Shown: positions 47,257-60,446, counted from the whole stretch's first letter. The stretch is 63,440 nt of DNA, filler included, from Klebsormidium nitens (GCA_000708835.1; 6 parts of 6 records of this genome joined end to end with filler, not necessarily neighbours in it), one strand, 5' to 3'. Made by a program: numbers and translations. Notes: generated from the sequence alone by a model not told the origin.

Positions 47257-48142
47257 ATTTTGGATGGGAGCGTCGGTCACCAGCCCCTGCGCCAGAAAGA
47301 TGGAGAAGAGGAGTTCGCATTCACTTTCAAGAGCAAGCCGGCCAGATATGCAGAGTCAGGCATGGAGATTTGGAAGGCTTGCAAGTCTTCAACGCCCCTA
47401 TCACAGCAAACTGCATGTTTGACAGCACTTGAAGCTTCGGGCTCAGAAGAAAGGGCGCCTAGATGCCGGCCAAGGCCAAGTGGAACAACTATGCGCACAA
47501 GCTGATCAACCGACGTGAGACAACGGCCAACACATATGCCCGAAAATCTCTACTGGGCCGCTTCAATGAAAAGGTATGCTCCACGGCAACTTACGACGGC
47601 GGGTGCATCAGGCGGGCCTCCGAAATCCCCCAGCTCCGTTTGATGAACGGCTTGCCCCTCGCGCTGCGTTCTCGAGGGCCTCAGTGCCCCCACAGCTTGG
47701 AGATGAGCTGCCGCAGCCGCTCGACCGGCCTCCCGAGCCGCCTCGTCCATTGGGACAGAGTTTGATTCCGCCCGTTTGCTGTGGAAGCAATAGAAGAATT
47801 CGGGTCAGCACGGGGGTTTCTGCAGCAGTCGACAAGAACGGTCGGACTGCTGCTGTGTTCAAAACCATCACAAAATCCGGAGCTGTCTCAGTGATGAATC
47901 CCGCCTCAATCTAAAAGAGTGCCCTTGCTGTGTGCAATAGTCAGGAAGCACCACCTATTTGCAGAAGAATCACTTTTGTGCGAAAAAGAGTGGAGACAAG
48001 CGATACTGGGCCGACGAGCTCACCGTCGCTTTTTCTGAGCCGGCCGACCAGTCTTTGGCGCCGCAGACGTCGACGCCCTTGCTTCGCCGCCCTCGTTCTG
48101 TACCTGAAGGCGAACGGATTGGCAAACGGGTCAGATTGGTAA
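47257..48142 (+). CDS. Fragmentary exons of a hypothetical gene, possibly a transposon accessory protein
   Basis: Segments QKDGEEEFAFTFKSKPARY and tag|MPAKAKWNNYAHKLINRRETTANTYARKSLLGRFNEK|gtatgc, plus FAALVLYLKANGLANGSDW. The frames do not join cleanly. Confidence 0.3.
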
Positions 48143-50256
48143 ACGGAGAGCATCCGCAATCGTTGCAGTCAGACCGCTGCTGGTCTGTGTGATAGGCTGG
48201 AATTCAGGAAAGTGAAAGCAGGTTGTAGCCCACTTGGGCTGGCCGCCGTGATTTAAAACCGCGATGCCAAGAGCCAGCCCATGAAGCAATGGACATGAGG
48301 GCATGCGAGTGGTACATTTCTGGCGAGCTTGGCAACATGTGCGCACAGTGGTTTTCCGACAGATTCAGGTAAACTCACCATTAACCCAATGTCTCCAGCA
48401 GATGGCGCCGCCGTCGACTCCATAGCAGCCCTCGTCCGGGGCACGTCATGCAGCGGGAGATCCGCTTGCGCCCGGGGTTCTCCTCCAGGAGGCACCTGGT
48501 CACAAGCAGCAAGCAAATGATAAAATCTGTCAGGATCCCGCGAGACAGTCAAGCACGTCAAGGTCAGCTTGTAAGCAATGTCAAGCCAAAGCACAATAGT
48601 ACCCTTTCATCTGTGACGCAACTCACTCCTCGAGGGCTCATCCGCTTCAAATAAGCTTCACCAGAACTCTGTACGTTCCAGACCTGCAGTTATTTCAGGT
48701 GACGTAAGGCAAGGTTTGAGATGGGCGGAGGCATCCCTACCCCTTCGAGGGAAGCATTGGGATGTGCGGCTCCGGGACTGGACTCACGTTCTTGGGCCTC
48801 GACATCGTCGCTGCAGTGGCAAGAAGCTGTCGGTTGAGCCTTGGTCTCACAATTTTGTGAAAGCGTGTGCAAAGACAAATGACACGGTTCAAGACCCCAA
48901 CGTAAAAGCATGCGCGTCCGAGTCAGAAACGCAAAAGAAAATTGATTTCTTGCTCTACCAAAACCTTTCTCGAATTGCAGCTACTTCAAAAGATGCAGTG
49001 CACTGTTAGGCAATGATAGAGAGGGCCTCACGTTTCCGAGGCCTCCAAATCTGGCAGATTCATAGCAGAATCGTGTTGCGTCGTTGGAGAGGGCGGGCCA
49101 CACATCTCCTCTTCCTCTCGGGCAGCCCATGCAGCTCTCCGCTGTTCGCAGTCTGCAAAGAACGCGGCGACCACTCGCTCCTTCCTGGCCTTGCGCCCGT
49201 TGCGCCGGCTGCCCGCACCTCGCTCGGACGTTTCACCGAGGTCTTCCTCCAGCTCTCCTGCTTCCCTGGATATCGGAGACAAGGAGAATAGGAATGGAGT
49301 TGGCTTATGCTCTACTGGATTCTTGAGTCGTTCTAATGCGCAACGCAAGCACTGAATAGCCCTGCTATGGACATCAACACGCACAGCTTCTATCAAAGCA
49401 ATTTACGAGGAATGATGCGCGAGCTCGTGTGCAAAGCGTGTGGCACAGAGGGAGAAGCTTACCGTGCGCGAGCATCAGGAGCTGGTTCGTCCACGTTCTC
49501 TGCAGCATGGTCCACTTGGGCTCTGCTGACAAGTTCTGAGACCTTGAAGAGTCTCCTCATCCTCCCCCCCGACGGTCCTGCTTGTGGGAGCACCTGCACC
49601 ATGCCCCTAATCAGGAAAGTGGATGATCATTTTAGGCCCAGCTGACCAGCCTACCTGAAGCAACGACCAAAACTTGTAAGATGACAAAAACAGGTGACGC
49701 CTCGAGACTGAACTGGTTATTGCGGATGAGGTATTGCAGGACGCTGGCCATCTTCGCTGCTTGCGGCCGTTGTCTCGGCTTGGAACAAGCAAAAGGAAGA
49801 AGGCCCGGGTCAACCTGAGCGCTCCTTCTGGTCATGAAGCGCAGCGTGAGAAACTATCCAACTCGTGAAGGTTCAAGTGCTGAAGAAGAAGGGGGGAGGG
49901 GAGGGGGCTCTTACCTGCTCCAGCGGCCTCTTTGTGCCCACACAGGATGCACGCAAATCCATCCGCACCTCCGCATGTGCGGTTAGGGCTTCAGGGGCGT
50001 CGTTGGCGTCACAAGCAATGGTCGCGGCCTGCAAGCAGAGATAGGAAGTCACCTTCTGGAGCTTTCATGATCCGGCGGCCCCTGCCTTGCAAGCATTTGT
50101 TCAATGATCTGAAGCGGCCTGATAACATACGTACGCTTTGAAGAGAGCGATCATGCAGGGGGTGGGTCAAGTGAGGTACGATGGCGTGCGCGGGGCCAGT
50201 CAATCTGCTCGCATCAAAACTTCAAGGTCGTAGGAGGGAGAGCGAGATGCGTGGGC

Positions 50257-53200
50257 TGTCAATCTGCACCTCAGGTTCTATACAGTCGATTCTTGACGGC
50301 AGTGCAAATTGACTCGACCCCTTTCCTCTTGACTTCTCAGTGCCCAGAAAGCCCTTGGACAGAGGCTGTCAATTTGCACCTCGGGTTCTATACAGTCGAT
50401 TCTTCACCCTAGTGCAAATTGACTCAACCCAATAAACCTGTCAATCTGCACCTCTTGTTCTATACAGTCAAGATTGTGAGAAGGTGCGGATTGTCGGGTA
50501 AGATTTTCAAGCCAAAGCAAAGTGATCACTCTGCGCGCTAATCTGAATCAGCACACAGCATCGTTGGCAATCAGTCCACGTGGCTGGGGGCAGTCAATCA
50601 GCATTGACTTTGATACCATTGACATTTCGGATTGGTGCAATTGCAACCTCGATATCCAAAGCCTCCAAATCTGTCCGGAGCCCACTTCTAACATGCTATG
50701 TGTGTCCTTGATTTCCGTGACAATTGCCCGCTGGGCCTGGTCAACTGGTTCCGACACAGCAACGGTCCGACGCAGTTGACTGAAACACGTCAAAGGTTGC
50801 TCACATCATGAGGATGCGGTGCTCCAGCGACGCCGCCGTCAGATGCTGGTGTGTTTCCTCCTGATGCTGAAAGACGCTCTCCTTCCGGGCTGGCTTCGAT
50901 TGACGATGGTCCCGGGTTGCTCTCGATTCCACCCATGATCAAGAGCTTTGCTGCAAAGGGTCAGCCGGACGGCATAAGCTGTTGACGTAGATAGGCAGAC
51001 CTTCATTCACGACCGTGACAATCAACCGAGACTCAGAGGAGCAAGAGCAGGCGCCTATATAAGGGCGGACTTTTGAAGGGTCAAGGCTCAAGCTGCCGTC
51101 TTGAGCTTCAAACGCCATCTTGCGCACAAGTTGAGGCCTTTTCTGAACCGCGGCCCAACGTCAAGTTTCAGCAGATGCTTAGCACAACACTTATGGTTCG
51201 GGGGCCAGATGTGAGCCGAGTCTCATCGCCCAATTTGATGATCCGGAGCGACTTACCTATCAGGTGTCTGCTTTTGGGTGTTGCATCCCCCCAGTATCCG
51301 CTTTCATGCCATCCGTCACAATCTGTGGAGGGAAAGGAAAGTGATTATCTTCTGCATGCTAGTAAAAAGGTCGCATCGAACTGGAGGTGTGAGCAAATAG
51401 CTCGAAAGCATTCAAGCTTGACGGGTGTTCGATTTCGACAAGGTTGAAACAGCTGCGTCAATAGAGGTCAGGTGCGACTTGAGGATAGCCTTGGCAAAGT
51501 GGAGTATCTTGTGCTGTCCGTTGAAATCAAAAGTCAAGGGCACGTTCTTCTGTACCAAACAAACCCTCACCCCAATTGCCCCTCAGCCGCGACTCTTCGT
51601 CAAGCGCTCGCGCCAGCTCTGCCTTCAACTTGTACTCTTCATAGTTACGTGCCCACTCTGAAAAAGGCAAGAAGCACAGGTCTTTGCGACGAGCGCTCAC
51701 ATGCAGGACACACAGACCTGCGGACGCCCGCCACCATGCCTACAAACTCTGTGCATACTTGCATGCTTGGGCCTGGTGCAGCTCTTGGCCGAGTAATCAA
51801 ATGTCTTCTGAGCGCCATCACACGCTAGCACACCGGCAGTTGCACAGGGCTCACCTTCCCGGGTTCCCTCGATCTTGAAGCAGCCCGTGACCTCACGATG
51901 CACTCCGCAGAAGTACTTGAGGTTGCTCCCCTTGCCCCCGCGCACCGCACAGGTCGCGGGGTTGCTGCATTCTCCGCAGAGGAGGCTGTGTGGAACTGAA
52001 AAAGAAAGCACGAAGAGTTGGGAACAAAATCGAAACACGGGTGAAGCCCTCCAGTTGACTCATGTGGGCGTAGAGGCTTGCCATCTCGTATGCCTAGCCA
52101 TACACACGAGAGCTCTGAGGTCCTGTACAGTTGCAGTCTCAAGGACCCTTAAGCAAAAGTGCTCCCCAAAGCCTTGAATCTGACTCCCGCAAAGGGCCGA
52201 TCAGGTGCTTCGATCAGACTGGCCCGATCAAGGTGCCGCTCTCACCCTTGTCCCCAAAGAGGTAGCTGGCCAGTGGCTCCGGGCTCGCTTTCCTCGCCTT
52301 CCTGGATGCGCCGCCCGCTGGGGGCCGGGCCTTCTTTGTGGCTGCCGGGCTTGCAGCAGTCTTGCGAGCTTTACGGGAGGCGCTCGCTGGTCGCCGCAGC
52401 CCCTCCAGGTGGGCCTGCTTGCTCGACGTCAAGACCTTCTCGAAGCCCTGGTGCAGGGCCGCGTCTGCAGTGCCTGCGAACTCTTTGAGGCCCGACATCG
52501 CGGCATGCAGGCTCCCATCCCAGGCGGCCTTTGACCAGAGAAGGCCTGCACCACCGAGCTCCTCTCGAGCACGCCGGCACACGGCCCCCGCCACCTTTCG
52601 AAAGATGCGGTGGCCTCTCTTCGAGTTGGTGAGGAAGCCTCGCGACGCGCTCGCCATGAGCGCTCTGATGGCTGACGGCGGGAGAGCATCATTGCAGAAT
52701 GTGCCACAAGTCTCCTGCAAGAAGAGGGAGATGCGTGGGCCCTCCTGACAAATTGCACCTCGGGTTCTGTACAGTCAACTTTTTCAGCCNNNNNNNNNNN
52801 NNNNNNNNNNNNNNNNNNNNNNNNNNNNNNNNNNNNNNNNNNNNNNNNNNNNNNNNNNNNNNNNNNNNNNNNNNNNNNNNNNNNNNNNNNNNNNNNNNNN
52901 NNNNNNNNNNNNNNNNNNNNNNNNNNNNNNNNNNNNNNNNNNNNNNNNNNNNNNNNNNNNNNNNNNNNNNNNNNNNNNNNNNNNNNNNNNNNNNNNNNNN
53001 NNNNNNNNNNNNNNNNNNNNNNNNNNNNNNNNNNNNNNNNNNNNNNNNNNNNNNNNNNNNNNNNNNNNNNNNNNNNNNNNNNNNNNNNNNNNNNNNNNNN
53101 NNNNNNNNNNNNNNNNNNNNNNNNNNNNNNNNNNNNNNNNNNNNNNNNNNNNNNNNNNNNNNNNNNNNNNNNNNNNNNNNNNNNNNNNNNNNNNNNNNNN

Positions 53201-54298
53201 NNNNNNNNNNNNNNNNNNNNAAGTGCAGATTGTCTTGACCCCATTAAGGTGTCTTGAAGCCGGTGCAGCTTTTGACCAATTGGCTCAACGTTCACTCGCT
53301 TCTGACGATGACTACGAACTTTACTAAGTTGTTCACAATGGGACTGAGCCCACCAGAAAGGTCATAAGTAATCTGCAAAACTGGTTACAAAGGCGACGGC
53401 CTTCTGGACGCAAGGAGTCTAGTAGATATATGAAAGTACCGCACAGCACTAGCCGACATGCACGTGATGCACGGTGAAAACAAAGACGAACGATTTAGTG
53501 AAGAGTGAGGTAAAGATAAAGTCGGAGGAAGTTCTGGAATTCTGCAAGCCCTTTTCGAGTACCATTTGACTGTCGAACAAGAAAGGTAACATACCGGATT
53601 TTCTTCCGGCCAGTGTTAAGTTTGGCTCACTACATCGCCCAGAAAGCTCCCGGTTGAAGCCTGACAATTTGCACCTGTGGTTCTATACATTGAACGTTCA
53701 ACACAGGGCAAATTGTCAGGACCCCTTTCCATCAACCACAGAAGGGACTGAAGAGCTCCCGGCTGGGGGCCGTCAATCTGCACCTCTAGTTCTATACATT
53801 AAACGTTCAAGACAGTGCAGATTGTCAGCCCCTCTCCATCAACCACAACAGGTGCCACAAAAGCTCCCGGCTGGGGGCCCTAACAGGCCTGACTTTATGC
53901 ACCTCAAGCTCTATACAGTGAACTTTTCAAGCCAGTGCAGATTGTCACGACCCCCTTCCATCAACCACAACAGGTCCCAAAAAAGCTCCCGGCTGGAAGG
54001 CCTGACAGGCCTCACAATTTGCACCTCTGGTTCTATACATTAAACGTTCAGGACCGTGCAGATTGTCAGGTCCCCTCTCCATCAACCGCAACAGGTCCCT
54101 AAAAAGCTCCCGGCTGGAAGGCCTAACAGGCCTGACAATTTGCACCTCAGGTTCTGTACAGTGAACCTTTTTAAGACAGTGCAAATTGTCAAGACCCATT
54201 CCATCATCCACAACAGCTCTACGAAGCTCCTCACGCGGCCTGACAAGTTGCACCTTAGCTTCTATACAGTCAAGCTTGTAAGACAGTGCAGATTGTTA
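50257..54298. repeat. Family of ~60-bp hairpin repeats (TGACAA(T/A)TTGCACCTC...TTCTATACA...GTGCA(G/A)ATTGTCA) in clustered tandem arrays
   Basis: Copies at about 50257, 50367, 50439, 52744 (into gap), 53221 (out of gap), 53660, 53772, 53888, 54010, 54131 and 54239. Period is ~110-120 bp in the 53660-54298 array. Confidence 0.9.
50907..50950 (-). other. 2A/StopGo-like ribosome-skipping peptide motif (AKLLIMGGIESNPG^P)
   Basis: Minus-strand codons 50950-50907 read (G)CA AAG CTC TTG ATC ATG GGT GGA ATC GAG AGC AAC CCG GGA CCA, immediately after a ctgac...tttgcag acceptor. Confidence 0.6.
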
Positions 54299-56799
54299 GA
54301 ACACAGTCCAAGCGCCATGCTAAATCCCGAAACTTGACTATGCGCTGAGCACTCCCACTTGGCAGAAGCTGAGCCATCAGATTTGGTGAGCTCACCACAG
54401 CAGTAAGGCACATTTCAGCAACAGGGGCCCCTTCCTTCCCATTAAACAGCAAGGCTGCTGGCTCCTGCTGCGGCGGTGTGGCCGTCTCGGCCATCCACTG
54501 CAAAACATGACCAGAAAACACTCAGCAGATACCTCGAGAGTAGAAAATGACGAGCAATTGATGTTGGGTAAGAACAGGATGTAGTCCATCAGCTGAGATG
54601 AGACGGGCTCACTTTGAAAGCACAACCTTGTCACCGTGCAAGTCCGCAAGTCGGCCAGCCGCACAAGCGTAGGAACCTGAAGCACAAGACGTTTACCTCG
54701 GATTCTGGCGCGCTGCGCCACTGTCCACACAGTCCGTTGTAGGTGGGCAATCAGCCTGCATGCAGACATACTACGCGGATCAGAAATCAACTTGCCAACG
54801 GTAGCCTGTTCTAGATCAGGTGCTCTCATCCCTGCCTTTGACAACGACCAGTATGCTTTTGTGCGGCGACAGACCCAAATGATGCTCGAACCGTATGAGA
54901 GCTCATGGCACTTGCGCATATGCCTTTCCATGCCCATTTTTGAACTGCAGCAATCTCGCACGGCACGCATGTTCAGTGGTGTTGTTCATGAGAGTCAGGC
55001 TGACCCAGGTCATATTGAGAAGGCCTGCTTTGACAGCAAGCCCTTCTCGCAGACGAGAAGCATCCGCCCACCACAGTCAGTGCAGGCCATCAAGTGAATC
55101 AGATGCTGTCTGGCATTTTCTCAAGCGCGCGGCCTTGTACAGGTGGGGGCCTGTATTGTCATTTGAAAGAGCTACAAAAGCAAAACAACCTTACCCGAGG
55201 ATGTCCAGCCGCCTGCGTGCACGACGCGCCAATCAGAGACTGCCGGCTTTGGAGCTTCCCACGAAGCTCCCTCCAGAAATGGACCCTTTGTTTGTTTGAG
55301 AATTGAAAGAGGAAATTATTGCACCCCATCAAAACGAGCTCAGAAAGCTGCCGAGGGCCGCCAGGGACCGCCATCGGGTGCCGCCGCCAACTGTGCAAAG
55401 TCACCGATTGCTGACCTAATGCTGACTCACAGAAGCATCTTCTTGCTTCTAGAAGGACCCCCTGGCAGCAGAACAATGAAGTTCAAGCTCCGCCGCAGGG
55501 CGCCAAAAGACGCCAGACCTCGCCAGCGCCACCTGTACCTGGTGACCAGAATTCCGAGTCACCTCGTGACCTGGAATCCCAGTCACCCCTGGAATTCTTT
55601 AGAACCGAGCTGGATGGCAGCAATGCAAAGCTGCCTCCAACAGCGTCAACGTGAGTGACCTACCAATCTGGGGCATCTGCTTGCTGCCAGGGAGTGCTCT
55701 GGTCGGAACTGGGTGGGAACGGTCGCGATAATGGTGAATTCCGGGCCCTTAGGGCCTTTATGGCAACTCCCTAGTTCCACTCACGGCTTCCACGGTATTC
55801 TTATTGTTATCGTCGAGGCTTTCGAGATTTCAATCTGTATGTAGGCCAACACATACACAAATCATGCCATATTTTTGGACAGACAAACCCGTAGAGGGAT
55901 GCTAGCTTTGTTGAGACAGTTGAAGACTCAAAATTGCATTTAAACTTTCGACTTATGAGCCCCCGATGGCTTTGAGAAGAATAAGTGGAATTGATTGATG
56001 GATTGAATCAGCAGCATGTTACTTTCTAATCTTTTCGACGGACTTTCATGTGCTTCCTGATGGAAACCCTGCAAAAGAGCAGCTATGCTTTATGACATGA
56101 AACATGCACTTTGAGTCACTGCGCTAGCGCAGTGAAAGCGAAAAAGAAAGCAGAAAGCGCTAGCGCTTTCTCTGTTGAGACATTCTGGAAAGTATACATA
56201 TGTGTTCCATGCCGGGAGACAAATATCAGATGTGATTTTGTATTCAAAAGCTCGATTGGGTGGTGTACCACGTGAGGACTTATATATGATATTTGTCCCA
56301 AGCGAGAAACGTGGGTAAGCGAGCGGCGTCCAGTCGCAATTCGCAATTCTTGTCACAGCACCAAGGCCACCGTCTCATTCTTTGCTCATCATGCAATATC
56401 GCATAGGTGTCACATTGCCTTTCTTGGGTTCACACTTGAGATGCAAATATGGTACAAGTACAGCATTTTGAAGGCTGCAAACTTCCATGATTTCAAGCCC
56501 GAAGTACAGAGAATTTTGAAAGCGGCTCCCGTATATGTATGCACACGAAGCAATAGCATGGCAGATTCCAGAATGGTCAAGCAGGCGCCTCGCGTGGGTC
56601 TAAGTGTACACACCTCGCCTTCAGCACCAGACTAAGAATCTTCTAACCAGCCAACGGTCCTCTCCAATCCATCCATACCTTCTTTGCTTTATCACTTGCA
56701 GCACACACTGTTGCCGCCAAACCCCTTGCGTGATTACACATTGCATTGCGCTATCAAACGCCCTTAAGACAGTCCAGGTGACGCCGCTCATCAGCCGTC

Positions 56800-56899
56800 N
56801 NNNNNNNNNNNNNNNNNNNNNNNNNNNNNNNNNNNNNNNNNNNTTAATTAATTAANNNNNNNNNNNNNNNNNNNNNNNNNNNNNNNNNNNNNNNNNNNN
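56800..56899. other. Artificial contig linker
   Basis: N44-TTAATTAATTAA-N44, core at 56844-56855. Confidence 0.97.
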
Positions 56900-59800
56900 C
56901 AAAGCCCCTCACAAGCGGCTTCCTTCTCTACAAACTTCTCTTCGAACTTCTCTTCGAATGATGTATCACAATAGTGATTCGCTCCATTATTGTTTCAACG
57001 GGGCTCTCCCGTTCCACCGAGAGAGCCAAGTCTTCCTACGCTCGAGCCCATCTCTCTAGGCTAGGCTCACTAGCCCACTAGGCTCACTAGCCTAAGTCAC
57101 ACACTACTAGGCTCACTAGCCTAGCTCACAGTCACACTCAATCTTAGCCTTCGATATCCTCATCTACGGCTTACATCGACGGCCGCTCTCACTGACCGCC
57201 TAACCTCCAATCCGCCTAACGGTTCAAACTTCCAACCGCCGTTCACACACGCCGGCGCTCACTAGTTCAAACCCTGATCCGGGCCGAACCCTAACACACA
57301 GTAATTCGGCTGACTATATAATCACCGAATTCTAACACTTCCACTCAGACGAATTACTCTAAGCCTCTAACTCGTCGTGCTTCTCTTGCAGGCTGTCTTC
57401 TTCGCCCTCGGCGTCACCCACACGCCTCCACTATCCCCACCCTAACTGTCTTGGTAGCGCACTGCGTCCCTTTTCTCCAGTTCGACGTCTTCTCCACACC
57501 GTGCTCCGGCTCTTCGGCTCCCACAGCTTTCGTTGCTGCTTCCACATTTGCCCGATACCACAAAAGTTCCCCACTCTCGTTCGACGCCCCCATTCTCGTC
57601 GTCCGACTCGTCTAGTTCAATCTCCACGACCTTGATCATCTTTTTCACCACGCTTTCCGCTCTTACCCGCCTCTTTGCCGTGGCGCACACCCGGTTCCCC
57701 TTGACGGGACCCCTCGCAAGGAACGCTTTCTGCTTCCCCACGGTCCTCCACGCTTCACTGCCTCCATGCAGACCACATTGTCCATTTCGACCTGCGCGGT
57801 TCTCCCTCGAGCACCACTCGTGCTCCCGTTTTGTTCGCTCTCGTCAGAGCGAACAAACTCGCTTGTGACCTCAGAGCGTGCCGGACCTCCCTCAAGATTA
57901 CCGTACTCACACCACTCGGGGTCTTCTTAAGCACTCTCCAATGCCCACTGCAATCAGAATCTCGCCACAGTTTCCCACGATTTTCTCGCGATGCACGAGC
58001 TCTTTGTAGCTCGTGAAATGGCTCCAATCGCCCGTTTCATGCTGAGTGCTGCCCGAGTCGACAATCCAAATCCCATTGCGCACTTCCTCGTCATCGCCTT
58101 TTACCGCGTCTTTTCTTTCTTACATGCTCATTCATGCACGTCATTCTCGTGTAGATATTTCGACAAGCTTCGAGCAGAATCACGTTACAAGAAGCATACG
58201 GCAGCCGCATGTACTTTTTATTTGTTTCCTCGTTTGTTTGCTTGCATGTAGGTTATTTAAAAGGCGACTCACACCCCGTGCATTCGCTCTCGCTCTCATG
58301 TGTGCAAGAAACATAAGCCAAGAACAATTATGCATCCACGCAAGTGCCGCGGAGATTCGTAGCTCCTAGCTAGACGAGTTAGAAAAGGCAATATAGACCA
58401 AAATACATTGAGAATAGACTTGAACGTGACTTTTGGTATAAGAAGGAACAAGACACGTCGACTTAGGCCTTCGTCAAAATCGGATATTCAATTGCAATTG
58501 CCCTCAGTGCAATCGAGCATCCATTCCGTAATCACCTTTTTGCCCTCAAGCGTTCCTCACCGGTCACATGTTCCAGCGCCGTTCTTAAGGAGGTTCTTGG
58601 TCGCTACGGAGCCGTGCCATACGTGCCCTGGCGAGGTTACCGTTCTATTTTGCCTCCATTTGAGACCTATTATCTCTCTCATCTTCTCCTATGCCTATCT
58701 ATTCTACGTTGCCTACTCCTCCGTTGCTTTGCATCTGATTAATTGTCGTGACTGGGTTACATGCGCATCGCCTGTTGAAATCATTCACTCATGCTTGTCA
58801 CAAGCTAGGGTCTAACCACCCTCACACATAAGCGCCTTTCAATACAAAGAAGCGCCTTCCTCCTCTCTTCAAGCATCTTTGAGAATGAAAATCATCACAT
58901 GACATTAGTCCAAAGTCGCTCCAATCCCGTAGCTAGATGTACTCTAGCCTAGGTCGGATCTACTTCTACCACCCACTTGTCGGTTCAACTATATGGACTC
59001 CTTTCCATCAAATCGGTCACTCTATTACTCACAATACGGCATATATTCCACTCGGACTTGTGACCGGGGCACTATACTACTAGTGGATGGTAGCACCGTA
59101 CTACTAGTGGTCGGGGTACTATAATACTCGAGGTGTCACATCTAATGATCCACATTCCGAGTCAACACGCAATCGGATGCTCAACACTCAACGACACAAA
59201 CTTCTAATTTTGCGGTCGATATTACACGACACAACCACAATCCTACGGTTGAGACTACACGACAAAAACTCACGATCTCACGGCTCAAATCTATCGAGCT
59301 TTACTCAACAATTTGGCCGTCAATCAACTTCGTTTCTCAGTAGTAGTCTTTTTGTGGGTGTTTGCTCTTCGGTTCCGTTGCCGAGATTGCCGGCTGTTTA
59401 CATACCTTTTGAGGTAGAGTAGAGTCTTCATACATGCTTTACATGTGCGGGTGAGAGCTTGTAATATATAAGCTACGTGGTTTCAGCTCAAATCTAGCTC
59501 AAAAGGGGTACTTTGAGGTCACTCTTTTCTCTCGGCCAGTTTGTAAAGGAAGTAGTACAATAGGTTGTGGGAATTTTCACAACTGTGAAGGGGCTTTGGC
59601 CATTCTCGTCGCCATGGACTCTGGAACTCCTTGCAGCTCACTTCCGTTTCCGCCCTAGCACGCTACCTACGCTTTGTTTCCCTTAGGCAGAGTTTAAGCC
59701 GACTTCCGTGGGCTTAATCACTTGTGCTTCAAGATCCTTCATGCCGGTGGACTTGTGGACTTTTGAACGTGAAGAACGAGGTGTTCGGATGTTTTTGACC

Positions 59801-60446
59801 TAATAAAAAACCCTCTGGCTGTGGCGGATGCGAAATTCGTGCTCCAAATTGATCCGAAAGGAGTTCGTATGTCTATCCCGTCCACCGCTCAACCTCTATG
59901 CCAAAAGCTTGAATCTCTCCAAGAAATTTGAGTCCACTGATTTGGTTTTGGTGAGTGGGTTGTCCGCTTGGTGGTTCTTGAGAAAGTTTTTGAATCCTTG
60001 GTGTGTATTCTTTGAGCGATAGCTCAAAGCATGGGACTTCCGGATGAGCCGCAATACCCACCAACTCCAACGTTCAATGACACCATCCTCAAATGACGAT
60101 ACTTTTCTTGAGAAGCTGGAGAATCTAATGGCTCAAGCTCAAAATAACGTCCAGGGAAACTTGATCATATGTGAGCTTTCAGAAGAATCCCAAGCGGTGA
60201 GTCGTGTGCTTGACTACGGCATGCGAAGTGTGCCGCCTGCTGAGATTGTTTCGCCTTTTGTGCATACTATTAGGAGGGCAAAAGCCCATTCCCTTAGTGT
60301 TGCTGACCGCCATGCACATCTCTCTGATATGCAAGCTGTTCCAAACTTGTATATTCGACCGTTAGTTGAAATCATACACTCATGCTTGGAACCTACGAGG
60401 GATTAACCACCCTTACACACAAGCGCCTTCACAAAAAGAGCGCCCC
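56900..60446. repeat. Probable degenerate repetitive-element remnant with no intact ORF
   Basis: No splice-consistent gene found. Short tandem motifs (ctaggctca repeats at 57058-57130; cttctcttcgaa twice at ~56935-56958) and an imperfect ~80-bp direct repeat (58774-58856 vs 60365-60444). No RT, integrase or gag motif recognised. Confidence 0.3.

Larger units (their letters stand above)
46047..55300 (-). pseudogene. Long multi-exon gene of unknown family, probably decayed (premature TGA stops, phase mismatches); includes a CxxC..C..CxxH zinc-finger-like exon, a 2A-like exon and Pro/Glu-rich segments
   Basis: Splice-bounded protein-like segments on the minus strand: ~52714-52246 (ETCGTFCNDALPP...), ~51995-51855 (HSLLCGECSNPATC...KYFCGVH), ~51657 (EWARNYEEYKLKAELARAL), 51145-51001, 50950-~50805, 49968-49915, ~49270-49030 (REAGELEEDLG...), and 46538-46047 (Pro-rich). 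In-frame TGAs interrupt otherwise coding-like frames near 48660 and 55080. That all segments belong to one gene is not proven. Confidence 0.4.

Noticed and set aside
48440-48500. LLEENPGR as a second 2A-like motif
   Set aside because: It lacks the invariant final Pro and the D/G-V/I residues, and the frame is not supported by splicing.
56961-59135. Solo LTR bounded by TGTATCAC...GTGTCACA
   Set aside because: The flanks do not form a target-site duplication (aatga vs tctaa), and no tRNA primer-binding site or polypurine tract is adjacent.
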